DNA of 64,000 bases, taken from Auanema rhodensis (lineage: Eukaryota; Animalia; Nematoda). Below the pieces are notes generated by a model. That model had not been told where the DNA came from. It searched no databases and worked only from the letters and a program-made list of their open reading frames with translations. Of the stretch, positions 34,401-48,573 are shown one piece after another; position 1 is the stretch's first letter; each line of letters opens with the position of its first letter. The stretch spans positions 13,516,001-13,580,000 of the forward strand of contig OZ059899.1 of NCBI GenBank assembly GCA_964057225.1. Direction: 5' to 3'. A program made the translations under genes and the position numbers.

Positions 34401-37400
34401 CCTGAAATTTGCAAATTTCAAAAAAAAGAGAGATAATACAACATACCTGACCAACCATACTTGTTGAAGTACCAGCTGTAGTAGGAATTTGAGGAGTTGG
34501 GTGTACAGGTGATAAGTTGGTCGCTGTATCAACCACACAGTAATGTATCAAGGTAGTTAAAGCTTCCATAGTCTTTAATAAAAAAATTAAAACAGCAAAA
34601 CAGAATTATGTCATACCGACACCATAAAATGAGCTGGGAACTTGTCCATTTGCTCAACAGAAGTATCAGTTGGCATTGATTCTCGTGCGGTGCATTTGAA
34701 AGATTTAGACATAGCAATATCCAAGTTCTTGCATAATTGTTCCACTACTCTAACAACTACTGTTGCTAACGATCTGAGGTGACATTACAGTTAGAATCAA
34801 ATAAACAAAAATTAATTGTACCTCTCCATCCAAGGTAGAATTTCTACCACAAACTGAAGCCAAATCTCATGCCTGCATGGATGTTTCTTCAGGGCATTAA
34901 GTACTATTAATAAGAATGCTCGAAGTTCAACAAGTGATGGATGAGGATCTCGTACAGTTCCTCGGTGTGCAGGAATATTGTAAAGCTGTTGGCTAATAGA
35001 TATTCGTTGATGAATGGAAGCAGTAGGACTCTGAAAAAGTATAAAAACTATAGAATAATAAAATAATTCACTATTACCTGCTCACTGAAGTTAACCAATC
35101 CCATCTTGATCTCATACTCTAGTCGAATAGCTTGAGCAGTAAATGAAAGCAAGGACCGGTTATAGGCAGCTAAAAGGCCTGACAAACGTTTCCGGGAAGC
35201 ATCAGTCGACCCCTCATTGAATTCACTGATTGACACCGACAATGGCAATCTTGAAATAGATATTTCAAGGGACGTTCAGAAAACGAAACTGACCGAGTCT
35301 CAGGCTCTGCTCCTGCGCGTGGATCGTGAACAGATGACAACAGTAAATGTAAAAGACACTTCTGAAGTTTAGCACGAGAGAGTATAGATTGAATAAAGTA
35401 AGCGAAATGCTTTGAATGCTGCTCAACAATCATGTCAGAGATATCCCCAAAAAGCTGAGAAAGGAAATCCAAAGCTGACACTTTACATTTCCAAGCCACA
35501 ATCAAATCTGTGTCAGTTACTGGTGATACTGGAGAGTTTAGGAAGAATGATCGGAGAAAATGAAGAGATATCTGGGAAACAAGAATTAAAAAAAGGAAAA
35601 TTATGAAACACATTACAGTTATCAATAACTCCAACAAAGTTAGATGACGATGTTTTATGCTATCTTCCTCTGTATTACCCCAGAAATGTTGTCCCAAAAT
35701 AGCTCTAACATGCTTAGCCATTAAGTCCACCAGTGAACATGATAAAGAGCCTGAATCACCCGCTTGTGAAGCAGTTCCAGATGAAACAAGACAGCTGAAA
35801 TAAACAAATTATTTTTGAGTTCTATAATTTTAATTTACTTCAAAAGCATTCTATTTGAAACGGGTGCTGATCTTGGACTTAATAAAGCGGTTAAGATACG
35901 GAACGCAGTTTCAGCTCTTCCGAGATCTACCACTCTTCCACTTTCTCCATAAAGAAGCATATGTACATGCAACTCGTGGAATAATGTCTCCCCTTCACTT
36001 TCGACAGAAGGCCGAAGAAGTTCGGCAGCATCAAATGCTCTGAAATGAAAATAAACATATTTCAACGAAAAACAAAACAGAAGAAATTACTTAAGTTCTT
36101 TTTCGGTCATACTAAATATACTTTCTTGTAATGAATCTTGACGCCTATGCCCTTTCTTAACTCTAAAATAATAAAAATATAGAAATGCAAATAAGGAAAG
36201 ACTTGCCTATTAACATTGTCACCACTCTTCTCTTTGCTATCGCTGCGAGAAGCAACAGAGCCTGGAGCTTCGCTCTCAATTTCGGTTGAACCGGCACGGA
36301 ACATAACGGGGGCTTCCTCAGCTATAGCTAGTTGCGTTGACGATTGGTACTCTCTTTCTGTATCCAATTCAATGTTTTCTACTTCAACAACACAGTCAAT
36401 AAGATGTTGCACTGTTTCAAGAACAGCAGGATCAATGCCATCTAACGAGAGTGATAATGTATCGAGAGAATCCTGTATATGCAAAATAATAAAAAAATCA
36501 GTTGTTTTTTAGAATGTTACCGTATCATCATCAAAATTGGGAACATCGCCATTAGCGCAAACAGAAGGTGGGGTAGTATCAGCAGCAGTGTTATCTCCAT
36601 CTAACTTGAGAAGTAGCCGGTTTCTGAGTTCGCCATGCCATGTACTAAAAACGATAATTAAGAATATAATCAAGTAATAATTAACAACTTTTCCAGAACA
36701 GATCCCTCTAAATGATATAAGCGTTGTTTTCCGTCCACGGTAACTAGTGTAACGGCGGAGGCATTATTAGGCAATGACACAAATTGTTCTCTAGTCAGTC
36801 TTCAAAGCAATTGGATATAATCCAAAAAGTGTAAAACGAATTACCTCGATTCCTTCCATAAATACTGAATAGACACACGAGCTGTAGCAGGATTCATTAG
36901 CATGGTTGAAAGCATCTAGAATATACTAATGAGAACAAAAACTCTAAGATAAAGTCTCACTTGAACTATTCGTGGAAGATCATTATGATTAGCACAATCA
37001 ATAAACCAAGATACAGCAACACTTTTAATTTCGGCTCTTCCTCTGGATACCGACTCATCCGCTAGTACACCCAATAGCAACATAACGGCTCTACACTCGA
37101 AATTAAAATCACAAAAGATAAAAATAAATTACCGATTGAATGGCTTAGCCGGGACTATGGAGGATTCACCGTCAACAATTCGTGTTAATGTCCAGAATCT
37201 ATGGAAAGTGCGAGCAGCTTCAGTACTTATAACCTTAAAACAAATGAGAAAAAAATTTATAGATAACACCTACTTGATCACAGTTCGTTAAAGAAGATAC
37301 AATAATGTTCTCAACATCACTACTGGCTTCATTTAATTTTCGAGCGTGTAAGAGGGAAAGAAGCTTGGCCAACCTACTGTGCTCTGATGCAAAGTGTTCA

Positions 37401-40400
37401 GAGGAAAGACCAATCCAAGCGGCTTGTGCACATTTCTAGGAGGAAGAACAATAAAATAAATAAATATAAAAGAAAATACTTCGAATAACTTTAAATCTTC
37501 TAATAAATTAAGATGGTGTTGCGAAAGTAGAGGTTTGAGTAAAACTGTTTTTGTTATATTACCAACACTAAAAAAGTGAATAAATAAAAGATATAAAGAA
37601 TGGACTAACTCATCGTTCGAGGACGAAGCGAATTCCGTTTCACGTCCCCGAATATCACTATGTTGAGACAAGACAAAGCCAGCCTTTATGTACATGGAAA
37701 CCAACATAGCAAGGGCAGTGGTTCGAGCAGATAAGTCAGGACACTGCTGAGGGGGCATTTGAATAAGCCATTCGTCAGCATTAATTACCTAAAAAACCAA
37801 TTTTGCTAAGAAGACAATAATATAACTTACATTAAGAAGTTCTTCACACCATTTTGGCAAGTCTGTAGGCATATTTTCTTCTACACTTGAACAGAAGATA
37901 GGATACTCCGCAAATTGAGTAAGAAGATCGCAAATAGCATAAAAAATAGGAAGACGGTCGTCAGTTCTATCAGAACAATAGATTGCACAAGCTGAGCCTA
38001 ATAGAGAAAGGCATTCGCAAAGGCATGATTCCACCAAATATTGATCTAAAGCAAAAAAAGTTAAATTTTTAAGAAAAAAATATTTCGCACCCTTGGCCAC
38101 AGCAGTTGCGCTAGGTCTACGTTTTACGGGAGTTGAGTGAGCAGATGCTTCAGATGCCTCACCTGAAAATATATAAAATAATAAACAAAGCAATTTATAA
38201 TATTACCATCGGTGTCTGATACAGCTGGAGCACTCATACTCTCCAATAATTCGGAGCAAACATTCATCAATTGAATCACAGCATCCTTGTGTGTTACATT
38301 GAGCTTATCTTTCATTCCAGCAAGAATGCAATTCAAAAGTTGAGGGATATACTTATGACGTATATCAGCTTCAGTATCCAGATTACATGAACGTAAGCAG
38401 AAAGCAACAATCTTAAACAATACAATATAATCTTTGTCCCAATAAAGCATTTCATACCTTTGAATATTCAACAAGGGAATCTAAGCTAGGCTCTTCAATA
38501 CATTTATGGAAACAGTCACCTAAGAAACTCCAAATGAACCCGTTTTCAAGTGATCCAAGAAGAACATTAAGCATTTTACTCATTTCGGTTATCCGGCGAT
38601 CCTATAAAATATTCATTCAAAAATAAAACTTTAAAAGCTTACCAATACAGCATTATCTTCTACAGGAAAAGTAGGCTTTGGTGAAAACGGACTGTACGAA
38701 TTCAAAGATAATCTCATAGCACTTTTATCAAAAATTTTCTCTTCATTGGCAGCCTTAATAGACAAAAATATTTTAAACTTTGATATAATATTATACTTAC
38801 ATTATCTACTTCAATATTTTTCAATGCAGGGTGAATTTGAGCACATCTTGAGAGTAGTATAGGAAGAACCCTGTCAAGCAGAGGTCTACCAATATCAGAT
38901 CTATCTTGTAAGTAAGTTAATAAACGACAAACGCGAACTTCAACAAATTGTTGTTGATCAGAATCCTAAAAATATATTAATCAAGTTAATAATATAGTTG
39001 AAATTTTGCCTTTTTGTCTCCCCAGCCATGAGCCCAACTATTTGCAGAAGATTGAGGAATATCAATAGTGTCATACTGCAAGTATTGACGGAGTGATTCA
39101 ACACACAAGGGAAGAACAGTATTTTCAAAAAAGGTGGATTCAAGCCGATCATCGCCTACAGGTAAACTGCTTACAGCAACAGTACCACCTATAATTTTAA
39201 AATATCAGAAGAATATTGAGGAATAGCAAACCAGTGGGAGATATGAGCCATGTATATAATCGTCGATTCAGAGACATATCACGCCGTAGAACAACAAAAA
39301 TACAACGTTGTAAAAGCTATAGCAATATCAATTGTATTAGAAAGAATGCAAACATGAATATGTTACCTCTACAAAATCTGCCTTTGTTAAACTAGTACTA
39401 TCTAAAGGAAAAGCTGCACACAGAAAGTCTAATAAATATCTTTGAACTAAAGGTGAACCCGTGTCATCTGCAGTTGCAGAGAGTGCGGAAACCTATAACA
39501 AAGGCTTTAAGCATTCACCGAATAAGAAAACCGCATTTACCATGTGATTAATGTGATCTCCAACTATATACAGCTGGTCATCCAGAGATTTGGATTTATC
39601 GAATTTAGCATTTACATAAAGCATTGCCGGAAGTCGTACAGATGGAGAACCCAAAACCGCTTGCCAAAGACAAGCGAAAAAAGAAGCTTCTCCTACTCCG
39701 TCGCATACGCGATCCAACAGTTTAAGAGATCTACAAATATTAACAGAAAAAATAAGCATAAAATAAATTTTTACCTATCGTAAAATTCTGTGCCTTCTTC
39801 AAAACCGAGCAAAACACCAGCTAAAAAGCCTGGTAAAGCTGGCCTCAAATGTTGATTCATGGGTACTAAGTATTGCTCGAAAAGACCAAAAAGCTCAGTT
39901 TTGACCTATATGCATACATAATAAAAAATATATAATCTTAAAAACGCTACCTTGATACCACAATGGTCCATTAAAGGAAAAAGTCCAACTGTGAATAAAT
40001 ATAATAACTTTGGTAGTTGAGCACCGAGAATATCAAAAATTTGACGATAAGTTTCCAATGCTTTCAGATGTACACCTTCAACATACAAAATAATAATAAA
40101 AAAACGTATATTTAACTTACCCATAGGTAATGCAGGATGAAGGCATTGTGATAATCGTTTAGCAACTAATACAGGTTTTGGTATATCACCATATTTAGCA
40201 TTTGATTGAAATACCTTCAACATTTAAAAATATAAACAAAACAAGAAAAATTAACTCACCCTTGCGAGTCTGCCTAAAGCAGATATTAAATCAGCCCATT
40301 CATTAGGGTTTTCAAAAGTTCTTAAAGCTTTATCAACAGCCTGTACATAAGATTTATATTTCCCACTATTTTGAATTGGGTTATTATTAGAACTTTCAAC

Positions 40401-40430
40401 AGCGAAGCTACCTCCAGATGAAGCAGACAT
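31428..40430 (-). CDS. pad-1: Dopey family protein, about 46 short introns
   Basis: Dopey_N motifs [50 protein letters not shown]; C-terminal LKRLAFVVFGS, WPIMITELV, LYLAACKLLE. Splice junctions traced by hand are frame-consistent, including two GC-AG introns. Confidence 0.95.
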
Positions 40431-41914
40431 TAATAGCTTCCTGAAAAAAAGTAAAAATTTACGAAAGAAATAAAACTGGAAGATGTTGATAAATAACGGA
40501 CAACTTAACAACAATATTTTTAATGTACCTGACTTTTTTTGCGCGTACCATGAGAACGAATCATGCAAACAATGCTAGCTTGGACACGATAGTGTCACTG
40601 CGAGTATGAATCAATCTCCATAATCGATCGGAACTGAATCAGCATAGAGTCGATCAGACCTTACAACGATGATGGAATCGCAGTCTGTCCTTTTTTGACC
40701 GCTTCTTTTCTAAGTATTTGCTCTATTCGTCAGTTACGACCTCATTTTGCGATTCATCCCAAATTGATGTCAATAGACCTATGCTTCTGTCCATCAAATA
40801 AGAGAAATTATCAGATGATCTATAGTAAGCGTCAATGAACAGGTACACCCAAAGCATTCATCAATTTTACGAACCAGAAAAATCCTAAACATGCAAACGA
40901 ATTGTTGCACTTTTAAGTCCGATTTTTGTGATAAGTATTGGGTGCTGTAATCGATTTTCTGCTTTCCCTTCTTTTTTTGGGAGTAAAGACCGCATTTAGA
41001 CTATCCTAACTGATAATTCACGCTTTTTGATAAGAATCGAAGAGCAAGAGGGCAGTAATACTGCTGCCGACGGTCTTGACAGTTATACGAACGTTAGATG
41101 ATAACGCGGTCACCTGACGTCAAAAAAATAAACAAGCAGTGCGGGAGAGTCCAGGACACGTTAAAATCAAACAGCTTTTAGATTTGGTAATAAAACAAAA
41201 CAATAAACAAAAGATTGTATTAACTATCGCGAGCTTTTTAATGCCATAATTCAGATTTTTTAAGCAAACAATTAGTCAGGTACATTAAGCTAATTAAAGA
41301 AAAATGAAGCAAATTTAAAAAAAAATTAAAATATAGCTTTTGATCAACAAATTTAAACGAAATCCATATATCGGAGGAGGTATGAGCGCAGCACGACGTA
41401 TACAACGTTGTATTCAGCGTACAGCAGCTTGACTACTAGCAACCTATAAAAACTCAACACCCATACACACACCCACAGCAGTAGTATTTCATGATGGATT
41501 AGTAATACATCCAATTAATAAGATTATTTTATGTATTTTTTAGTCAAATTTAAAAAAAGATTCGCATTTTGCTGAATAAAATAAGGTAAATGTGAGTAAA
41601 AATATAAACAAACGAAAATAGCGCATTTGAATTCTCACAGCGAGCTCATGTAGAATATTTTGATGATGAGGGACGCGTTATACTATTGTTAAGGCAACAT
41701 GACATCAACCGATTTGTTTGATGTAACATCAAAAATGAACGTGGTCGTGGCATAGATGACGTGTGATTCAATGAATTGCGAATCCATTTCTTGTCATTCG
41801 AACCAACCAAGTGGTTAAGTTTATTTGCACACGAGGTAAATACTTGTTCATTTGGGGGAATGTTTCACGAATAACCTCTTCTTTTGAATTTATTCATAAT
41901 TTAGTGAGGTTGCT

Positions 41915-44363
41915 ATGGATAAAGAAGCAAAAATGACAACAATGTTGGATCTAAAATCGCAAACATCGTCGGCAAAGGTTATTAAGAAGAAAATCAATGT
42001 TTCACATAAGCATTAGTATCGCAATTATGGCTAATTAGCTCGTTTCTCATTCGCAATATGAAGAAACGACAACGGACAGCACATTATCTTCCATTTAGTG
42101 ATTTCCATTGTTTATAAAATTTCAGAATAATCTAGAGAATGACAAGCAACAGGAGAGTCAAATATCTGATATATACAAGACTTGTGTTATGTCTGTCAAC
42201 TCTACGGAAGAGAGACCGGTAATTGTGCTATGGAAACACTAGTAAATATCAATAATCTGAAGATCGTTGTTTTCTTCAGGCAGGTGGGCTGATTTCGCTC
42301 GATAGCTCTGAGGAGACAAAACTGCTTAAAACTGAATCGAAAGAGGTTAGTTGAAGCCTTCGAGACCAAATATTTCACGCAGCTGCGATTCTAACAAAAG
42401 CATATGTTTCTGATGCCTATGGCTTGGGGGTGGGAAGGCAAATATGGAAATTCGTTTAAATTGCTTGCTCAGATATGCTAATATTCAAGCTTTTAAAGTT
42501 AGTTCTTCCTAATGATTGCGAACGAAAAGTAGCAAGATTGATAACAGTAGCTTTTGAGAAAGTTTCAAAGATCGACATACGCATAATTGCTTAATTGAAA
42601 AGTTGGACTTCAGGTTGGGCCTCAAAAGAAATTGAAAAAATCTAGGTCATCGTCCAGGACGCAGTCATTGAAGAAGGTGTAATTCCTGGCAGAATTATAC
42701 GAAGTTTACTTTATAATTTAGGTTCCTCGTGGGGTGGTCAGTCATGCAGGATCGTTAGAAGATGAACCTTTCTATCATGGATATTTGTCACGTGAAGCTA
42801 CCGAAAAACTTTTAATTGAAGATGGCGAATTTCTAGTGAGGCGCGCAGAGGTATTGAACGAAGAGGTAAGAATGTTGTGATCTAGTGGGTTTCATTTTCT
42901 GTTTCCCGTAGTGTTATCTGATAAGTGTTCGTCATAACAATGATGTGAAACATTTACGAATCCTGTTGACACGAAGTGGTCGGCATTACTGGGTTTCTCA
43001 AGTATGCTTTGAAGTTAGTTTTGAATGTAAAGTTTGAAAAAAATGTATTTTCTTCTGATTTTTAGTCTGTTGGAGAACTAATACGATATCACCAACATAA
43101 TGTATTACCTGTTCATGAGGGCGAAGTAGTTTTGCAAAAATTCGTCAAGAGGGAAGTATGGCAACTGAATCATGAACAGGTTGAATGAATATCCATATTT
43201 TTTCGTTGTTGAAACGGAAATGGTCTTGAAGGTTACATTAGGAGAAAAGATTGGTAGTGGACAGTTCGGTGAAGTATTCTCCGGTACTTTAGCACAGGGA
43301 ATATTTACTCGTGACGTCAAAGTAGCCGTAAAAACGTTAAATTCTGGGCATCTTACTGCGGATGATAGGTCAGTCAGGTATTAAATCAACATCTGTGTGA
43401 CAAATTTTAGAGTTACGTTCTTGCAAGAAGCTAATCTTATGCTCAAGTTGAAACATAAAAATGTGATTCATCTATATGGAGTTGCAACCCAGAAAAAGCC
43501 GATCATGATTGTCATGGAACTGGCAACAGGTTTCTACATATTTTTATTAATATTTACGAAGATTTGACGTTTTATGTGGGAGTCTTTTGCATAGGCTAAA
43601 ACGAACAAAACCTATAAGTATCGATACAAAACGACGGTATTGTAAAGAAATCATTTGTGGAATGGCTTATGTTGAATCTCAACAAGTTTATTCTGATACA
43701 TTTTTTTCGAAATAACATATGAACGGTTTAGGTTATTCATCGTGATCTGGCAGCTCGTAACGTGCTATTAACCAAATCGGATAACTGTAAAATTAGTGAT
43801 TTCGGACTGTCACTTCTGGGGAAAATTCATAAAGAGGACATGTTGAAAAATGCGCCAGTTAGGTTAAATTTAGTTTGCTGTATGCTTTAAAGGATAATGA
43901 TATTTTAGGTGGCTGGCACCTGAGAGCTTATTGCGTGGATGTTATTCCTCGAAGTCAGACGTATGGGCTTTTGGAGTTGTCATGTATGAAGTATTTACCG
44001 AAGGAAAAGTTCCTTATGCCGAATATGATGTTTGTCTCAAATGTTTTGTCGTTAATCATTTTTCATATAGAATCTAAAGAAATTGGCTACAGCTGTTGTA
44101 AAAGACAAGCTGCATCCTACTACGCCTGATGATATGCCGGAACTAGACGCATCGATTATGGAACTATGCTTTATCCAGTGTAGTGAAGAAAGACCTTCCT
44201 TTAATACATTAAGGGACAAGTAAGTTAATCATTTCTTGTGAATGTGAAAGATAATATCGCTTCAAATTTTTATTCAAAATTTTTCTGAAAATGAATTTTC
44301 AGATATAATGTTGGTAGTAGCACAGTACAAATCTTAACATCACTTTTGAAAAAAACAAAATAA
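41915..44363 (+). CDS. Fer/Fes-type SH2 + tyrosine kinase of the nematode sperm-enriched class; 5' exons uncertain
   Basis: SH2 motifs [16 protein letters not shown]; kinase motifs [38 protein letters not shown]. One intron ends in AT rather than AG. Confidence 0.88.
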
Positions 44364-44455
44364 GTTATAATAAGTGATCTAATCTCAGAAATTACCCATT
44401 TTTTAAAATTTCTTTCATAATAATTTTTAATATTCTAAAAGTTTAATAAATTAAG

Positions 44456-46427
44456 TTACAATTCGGAATGTTTTTGAGCTTTTTGCCTGGCTACACTCTC
44501 TTGTGCCTTTTTTCGTTTCCATTGTGCTGTTTCACTTTTGTGGATATTTAAGAATTCAGCGGCAGCTCGTGGTTCATCTGGGATCATCTTGCAAACATTC
44601 TTCAGATGTGGATGGTTAATCAGATCTAGAATAAGTTTCTAAGATTAATCTATACCCAAAACGGTATCTTAAGTACATTCATCGCATAGATCATGAACGC
44701 AATGTAGAAGATTAGGGACTTCGTTTAGTTCACACCAACGCATTTCCTGAAAATATTTAGGAATGAGTTTCAATAAAACAGTGAGCTACTTACTAAACTG
44801 CAAAAACGTTCTGGCCTTGTAACAACAGTTACAAATTTGATGAATCCATCGTATTGATTCTCGAACCAATTTATACACTAAGTATGATGTTTAAAGGTTT
44901 ATATATGGTAAACTAACTCCGGAGTAAGTGAAACCGTTAGGGAAAATGGGGAAGTCTTTACGGTTGGCCAGATCTGGACATAATTCAGCACATATATTAT
45001 GGAATAAATTTGCTTTCAAAAAGTGAAGAAGTTTGCTGATGACAGTCGGTTGAAGGAGAATACGATGCTAAACGATGCCGGATATAGATAAGAATATTTG
45101 AAACTCATTCTAACCTGGAGAACATTAGTAACAGTCATACAACCGGAGCATTTTGCACATTCAATACTTACAGAGTAATTAAGAGCTGTAATGATACCGT
45201 TGTTTATATTCAAATGTTCGTGGTGAAACCTTTGCTCTCATAATTTTCATAACATGCGGGTGCGATAAAAGAACAAATTGCTTTAGGTGATGGAATCTGA
45301 GAGAATATAGCATTACGGAAAAGTCTTTCCTCCTCCTAAACAATTGAAAAGAAATAGCTTGTAAGCCCGTTTGAACACGAAATACCGTCATCATCAAGAA
45401 ACTTGGTGTTAAAAGTTTGCTGTGAAGTTCAGTAACAAAAGCATCACAAAAACCACAGAAGGGGCCTGAAGTTCATTAATATAAAATTTTTATTTTTGTT
45501 TTTACCAGGCATAGAAGCAGCAAAAATTGAGAAGAAACCGTAAAGTTGATGTTCAGTTATGGAATTTATATTGACCATTTGAGGTCCTTCACATACTTCT
45601 TCAGGTGAAGATAAATATTTCTAAATAATCCTATAAGAAAAAAGGAAGCAAACAAGAAACTTACATAAATGTTTTGGAAATATTTGGCTAAAATATCATT
45701 ATCATTATCAATATAGAGAGGTGAAGCTATGAATTCATTTCCTGAAAATTACATTGATTTGATAATAGTTCAAACAATTGGTCTTACTCCGTCTTTCTTC
45801 ATTTTGTATGTCATCCAGAAGTGTTTCAGGTCGTTGGTCTAGCATAATATTTGGTTCACTCTCAGGATTCACAGATACATCTGGAGCAGATGTGGAACCG
45901 TCAGTACCAGGGTTCATAGATACTTCTTCGGTAATAACTCCTTCAGTGGTAGTTCCCTCAGTGGTAATTCCTTCAGTGGTAATTCCCTCAGTGGTAATTC
46001 CCTCAGTGGTAATTCCCTCAGTTGTAATGCCTTCCGTAGTAGTTGCATCAGTTGGAGGTTCTGTTGGAGTTGGAGTAGTGAACATAGTATTATTGGGAGC
46101 AGGACAGGGTTCAGGTGTAGACACATCATCATCATCAAGCTCTGAAGGTGGATATTGAGCTACGATTTCGCGTATTCGTGCTCGTATAGATACGAATCTG
46201 TTTCTCATTTGAGCCTTTTCTTCCGCAACCATGTTGTTAGCATAACTAAGAAAAACATCTTGGCCTCTAAGCAGCTCAGATCGACAATTTTCAGCCTGTA
46301 ACATCTCTTTATGAATAGTTCCGTAAATGTGAAAAATGTAATGAACAAAACTTACAAAATCATGTGCTTGGGTAGAATTAAAGAAAATAAAACATATTAT
46401 GCTCAGACAAAAACTTTTAAGCTTCAT
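44456..46427 (-). CDS. Secreted/ER protein with Thr-rich repeats and a saposin-like Cys pattern, ending HSEL
   Basis: Signal peptide MKLKSFCLSIICFIFF; (ITTEG)n; CGFC and CAKCSGC plus further paired Cys; spliced frame open through KHSEL*. Confidence 0.75.
45924..46043 (-). repeat. Coding 15-bp minisatellite, about 8 units encoding ITTEG
   Basis: Tandem cc(c/t)tcagtggtaatt units on the + strand. Confidence 0.92.
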
Positions 46428-48573
46428 TGTAGACGATCGATACGTCAGAAACTAAATGAATCTCTTATCTATGGCATGCCTGTCTCAACTTAATTTGATA
46501 ACACTGATCGTTGTATACTCAAGTAACAAAAACCTCAGATAAATAGCTACTTTACGGCTTAATCACATCTTTGACACATTCTTCACGTTTTTTTTTCCTG
46601 TTCTATTATCTTATCTTAGTTTTTTAAACATCATATTCGGAAACCAAATTCAAAAATAGAATCTTATCTCAGAAGTTTTTGTTCAAATTTAATCTTGGAA
46701 CCAAGTATTTAGCAGTCTTTACTGCAGTTATAGGAATAGTTAAAAATGTTTGTATATTATTATTTAACATAGATTGTGGTTCATATTCCGCATTTTATAA
46801 ATTTATGATTTTGAATGCTTAACTAGCAGCTGTTAACTGATAGCAAAATTCCATAAAAAATGTGGATGTTATACAACTGCATTATGTTAGTAGCAACATT
46901 CAAATATATCAGTGGTTTGATAGCTACCGAATTTTTGTTTTAATATGAAAATGAAGTAATGAGCAATTTTTGATTCCAAAGAAATAAAATAATTCGTAAA
47001 TGTAAACGATTATTTTACTTGAACTTGGATTTTACTGAAAAGAACATGTAAACGACAATTTATTGAATTTTTAACATTTTTTTGTTGATTTTAAACTGCT
47101 GAATTGGATGTTCCTAAATATACCCCCAACAAATTCAACCAGTTCACGTCATATTCTTCCATAAAATGAAAATAATAGGTTATCACGTGAAATTAGCATA
47201 GGTTGTTAACATGAGTGAATCACGTGCTTATTACTTAAATATTTACGGTTGATTATTGAGTCTAAATATATGAAATACTTTTATATTTATTAAAATGAAT
47301 TAAAAAATAAAATAACTTGTTGATGTATTTTCATGTTGATGTATTTGTGTCGTCATCACCATGGGCTTTTTTCAAAACTTAGCACCAACTGACATTTTAT
47401 CGGATGGCATACAGCATATGACGTTTAAGAAAAATGTTTCAAATAGTTTCAATAACATCAGCTGGTTATTTTTCTTTTTTTTTTCGTCATAATGGCAAAA
47501 TATTCAACGAAGTATTTGAGTTCGTTCAAATTGTACGAGTTTCACGTTATTTTCGTTTCATATTGCACGGGAATTGCGTAACTATACGTTGAATGAGCTG
47601 TTACTGCAAAATAGCTAACTATGCGATTGATTATGATGAATTGCTGTGTTCAAACTGAGATAAAGGGTCAACTGATGTATGATTATTTTCAATTTGTTTA
47701 GTTTGTTTTGCCTATGTCTATATAGTTATTCATAAAAATGCGTTATGAGGATATTCTGAAGTAGTCTTCGATTCATTGTATTGACGTCAAATAGTTTTCC
47801 TCTGATTCCCGAAAACAAACAATGCCATCTGTTCCTATGTACAACTTTATTTTTTACTAGGAAAAGACAAGTAGAATTGAAAGAATAAAAGTGATAAAAT
47901 TAAACACAAGCTACAATTTTAAAATGCTTTTTTTTCAAATTTCTTAGTATTTTCCTGAAAAAAAAAGAAAGAAAGAAAGTAGTACACTAGCTTTATATAC
48001 ACGAAAATCTAAGCTAGGTTGGGCTCCAGGCCTCTCAGTTTAACAAGACTAGGTTCTCGTTGGTCCCGAGTTTGGAAAGCCGTATCTACTTGCTCAATCA
48101 TGATCAACATGAGTAAGGCAAGTGGCAGCTCTCGCAGTGTTCAGAGTGGTAGCCCAGGCAGAATGACAATACCTTCGGGCAAAAGAGAAAGCTTATTCAA
48201 GACGAACAGGCTTGATATATGAACAGTACATACAGGAAAAGAAAAACTTAAATAACACAGATTCTTTTTAGGGTTGCAAACGAATTCAAAACAGATTGTA
48301 AATCAATTATTTCCTGTCAAATTGCCAGCAAAATGTAAGGAAAATCGATTCAAATGCCGAATTGATCGTTGCATTTTCGTATAATTTATATATTATATAT
48401 GTATAATTATGTACAAAGTTGTAAATCAGTTAACGGAAAAATAATGAAAACTAGACAAGAATACTGTTGAGAGTACTTATCCGGCGGCTGATTACAACGA
48501 ACTAAATATAAAAGAAAGCGGGGGAAGTGTGACCGTTGTGAGAGCAGGACCGACAGAATGCAAATATGGTGGC

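Noticed and set aside
41400-41413. 14-bp palindrome ATACAACGTTGTAT as a possible DNA-elimination or transposon signal
   Set aside because: Isolated, a similar 12-mer occurs inside pad-1 coding sequence, and no telomeric TTAGGC arrays or TIR/TSD are seen.
42040-42125. Possible GA-AG intron in the kinase 5' region
   Set aside because: The segment can be skipped by an ordinary in-phase GT-AG intron, so no non-canonical donor is required.
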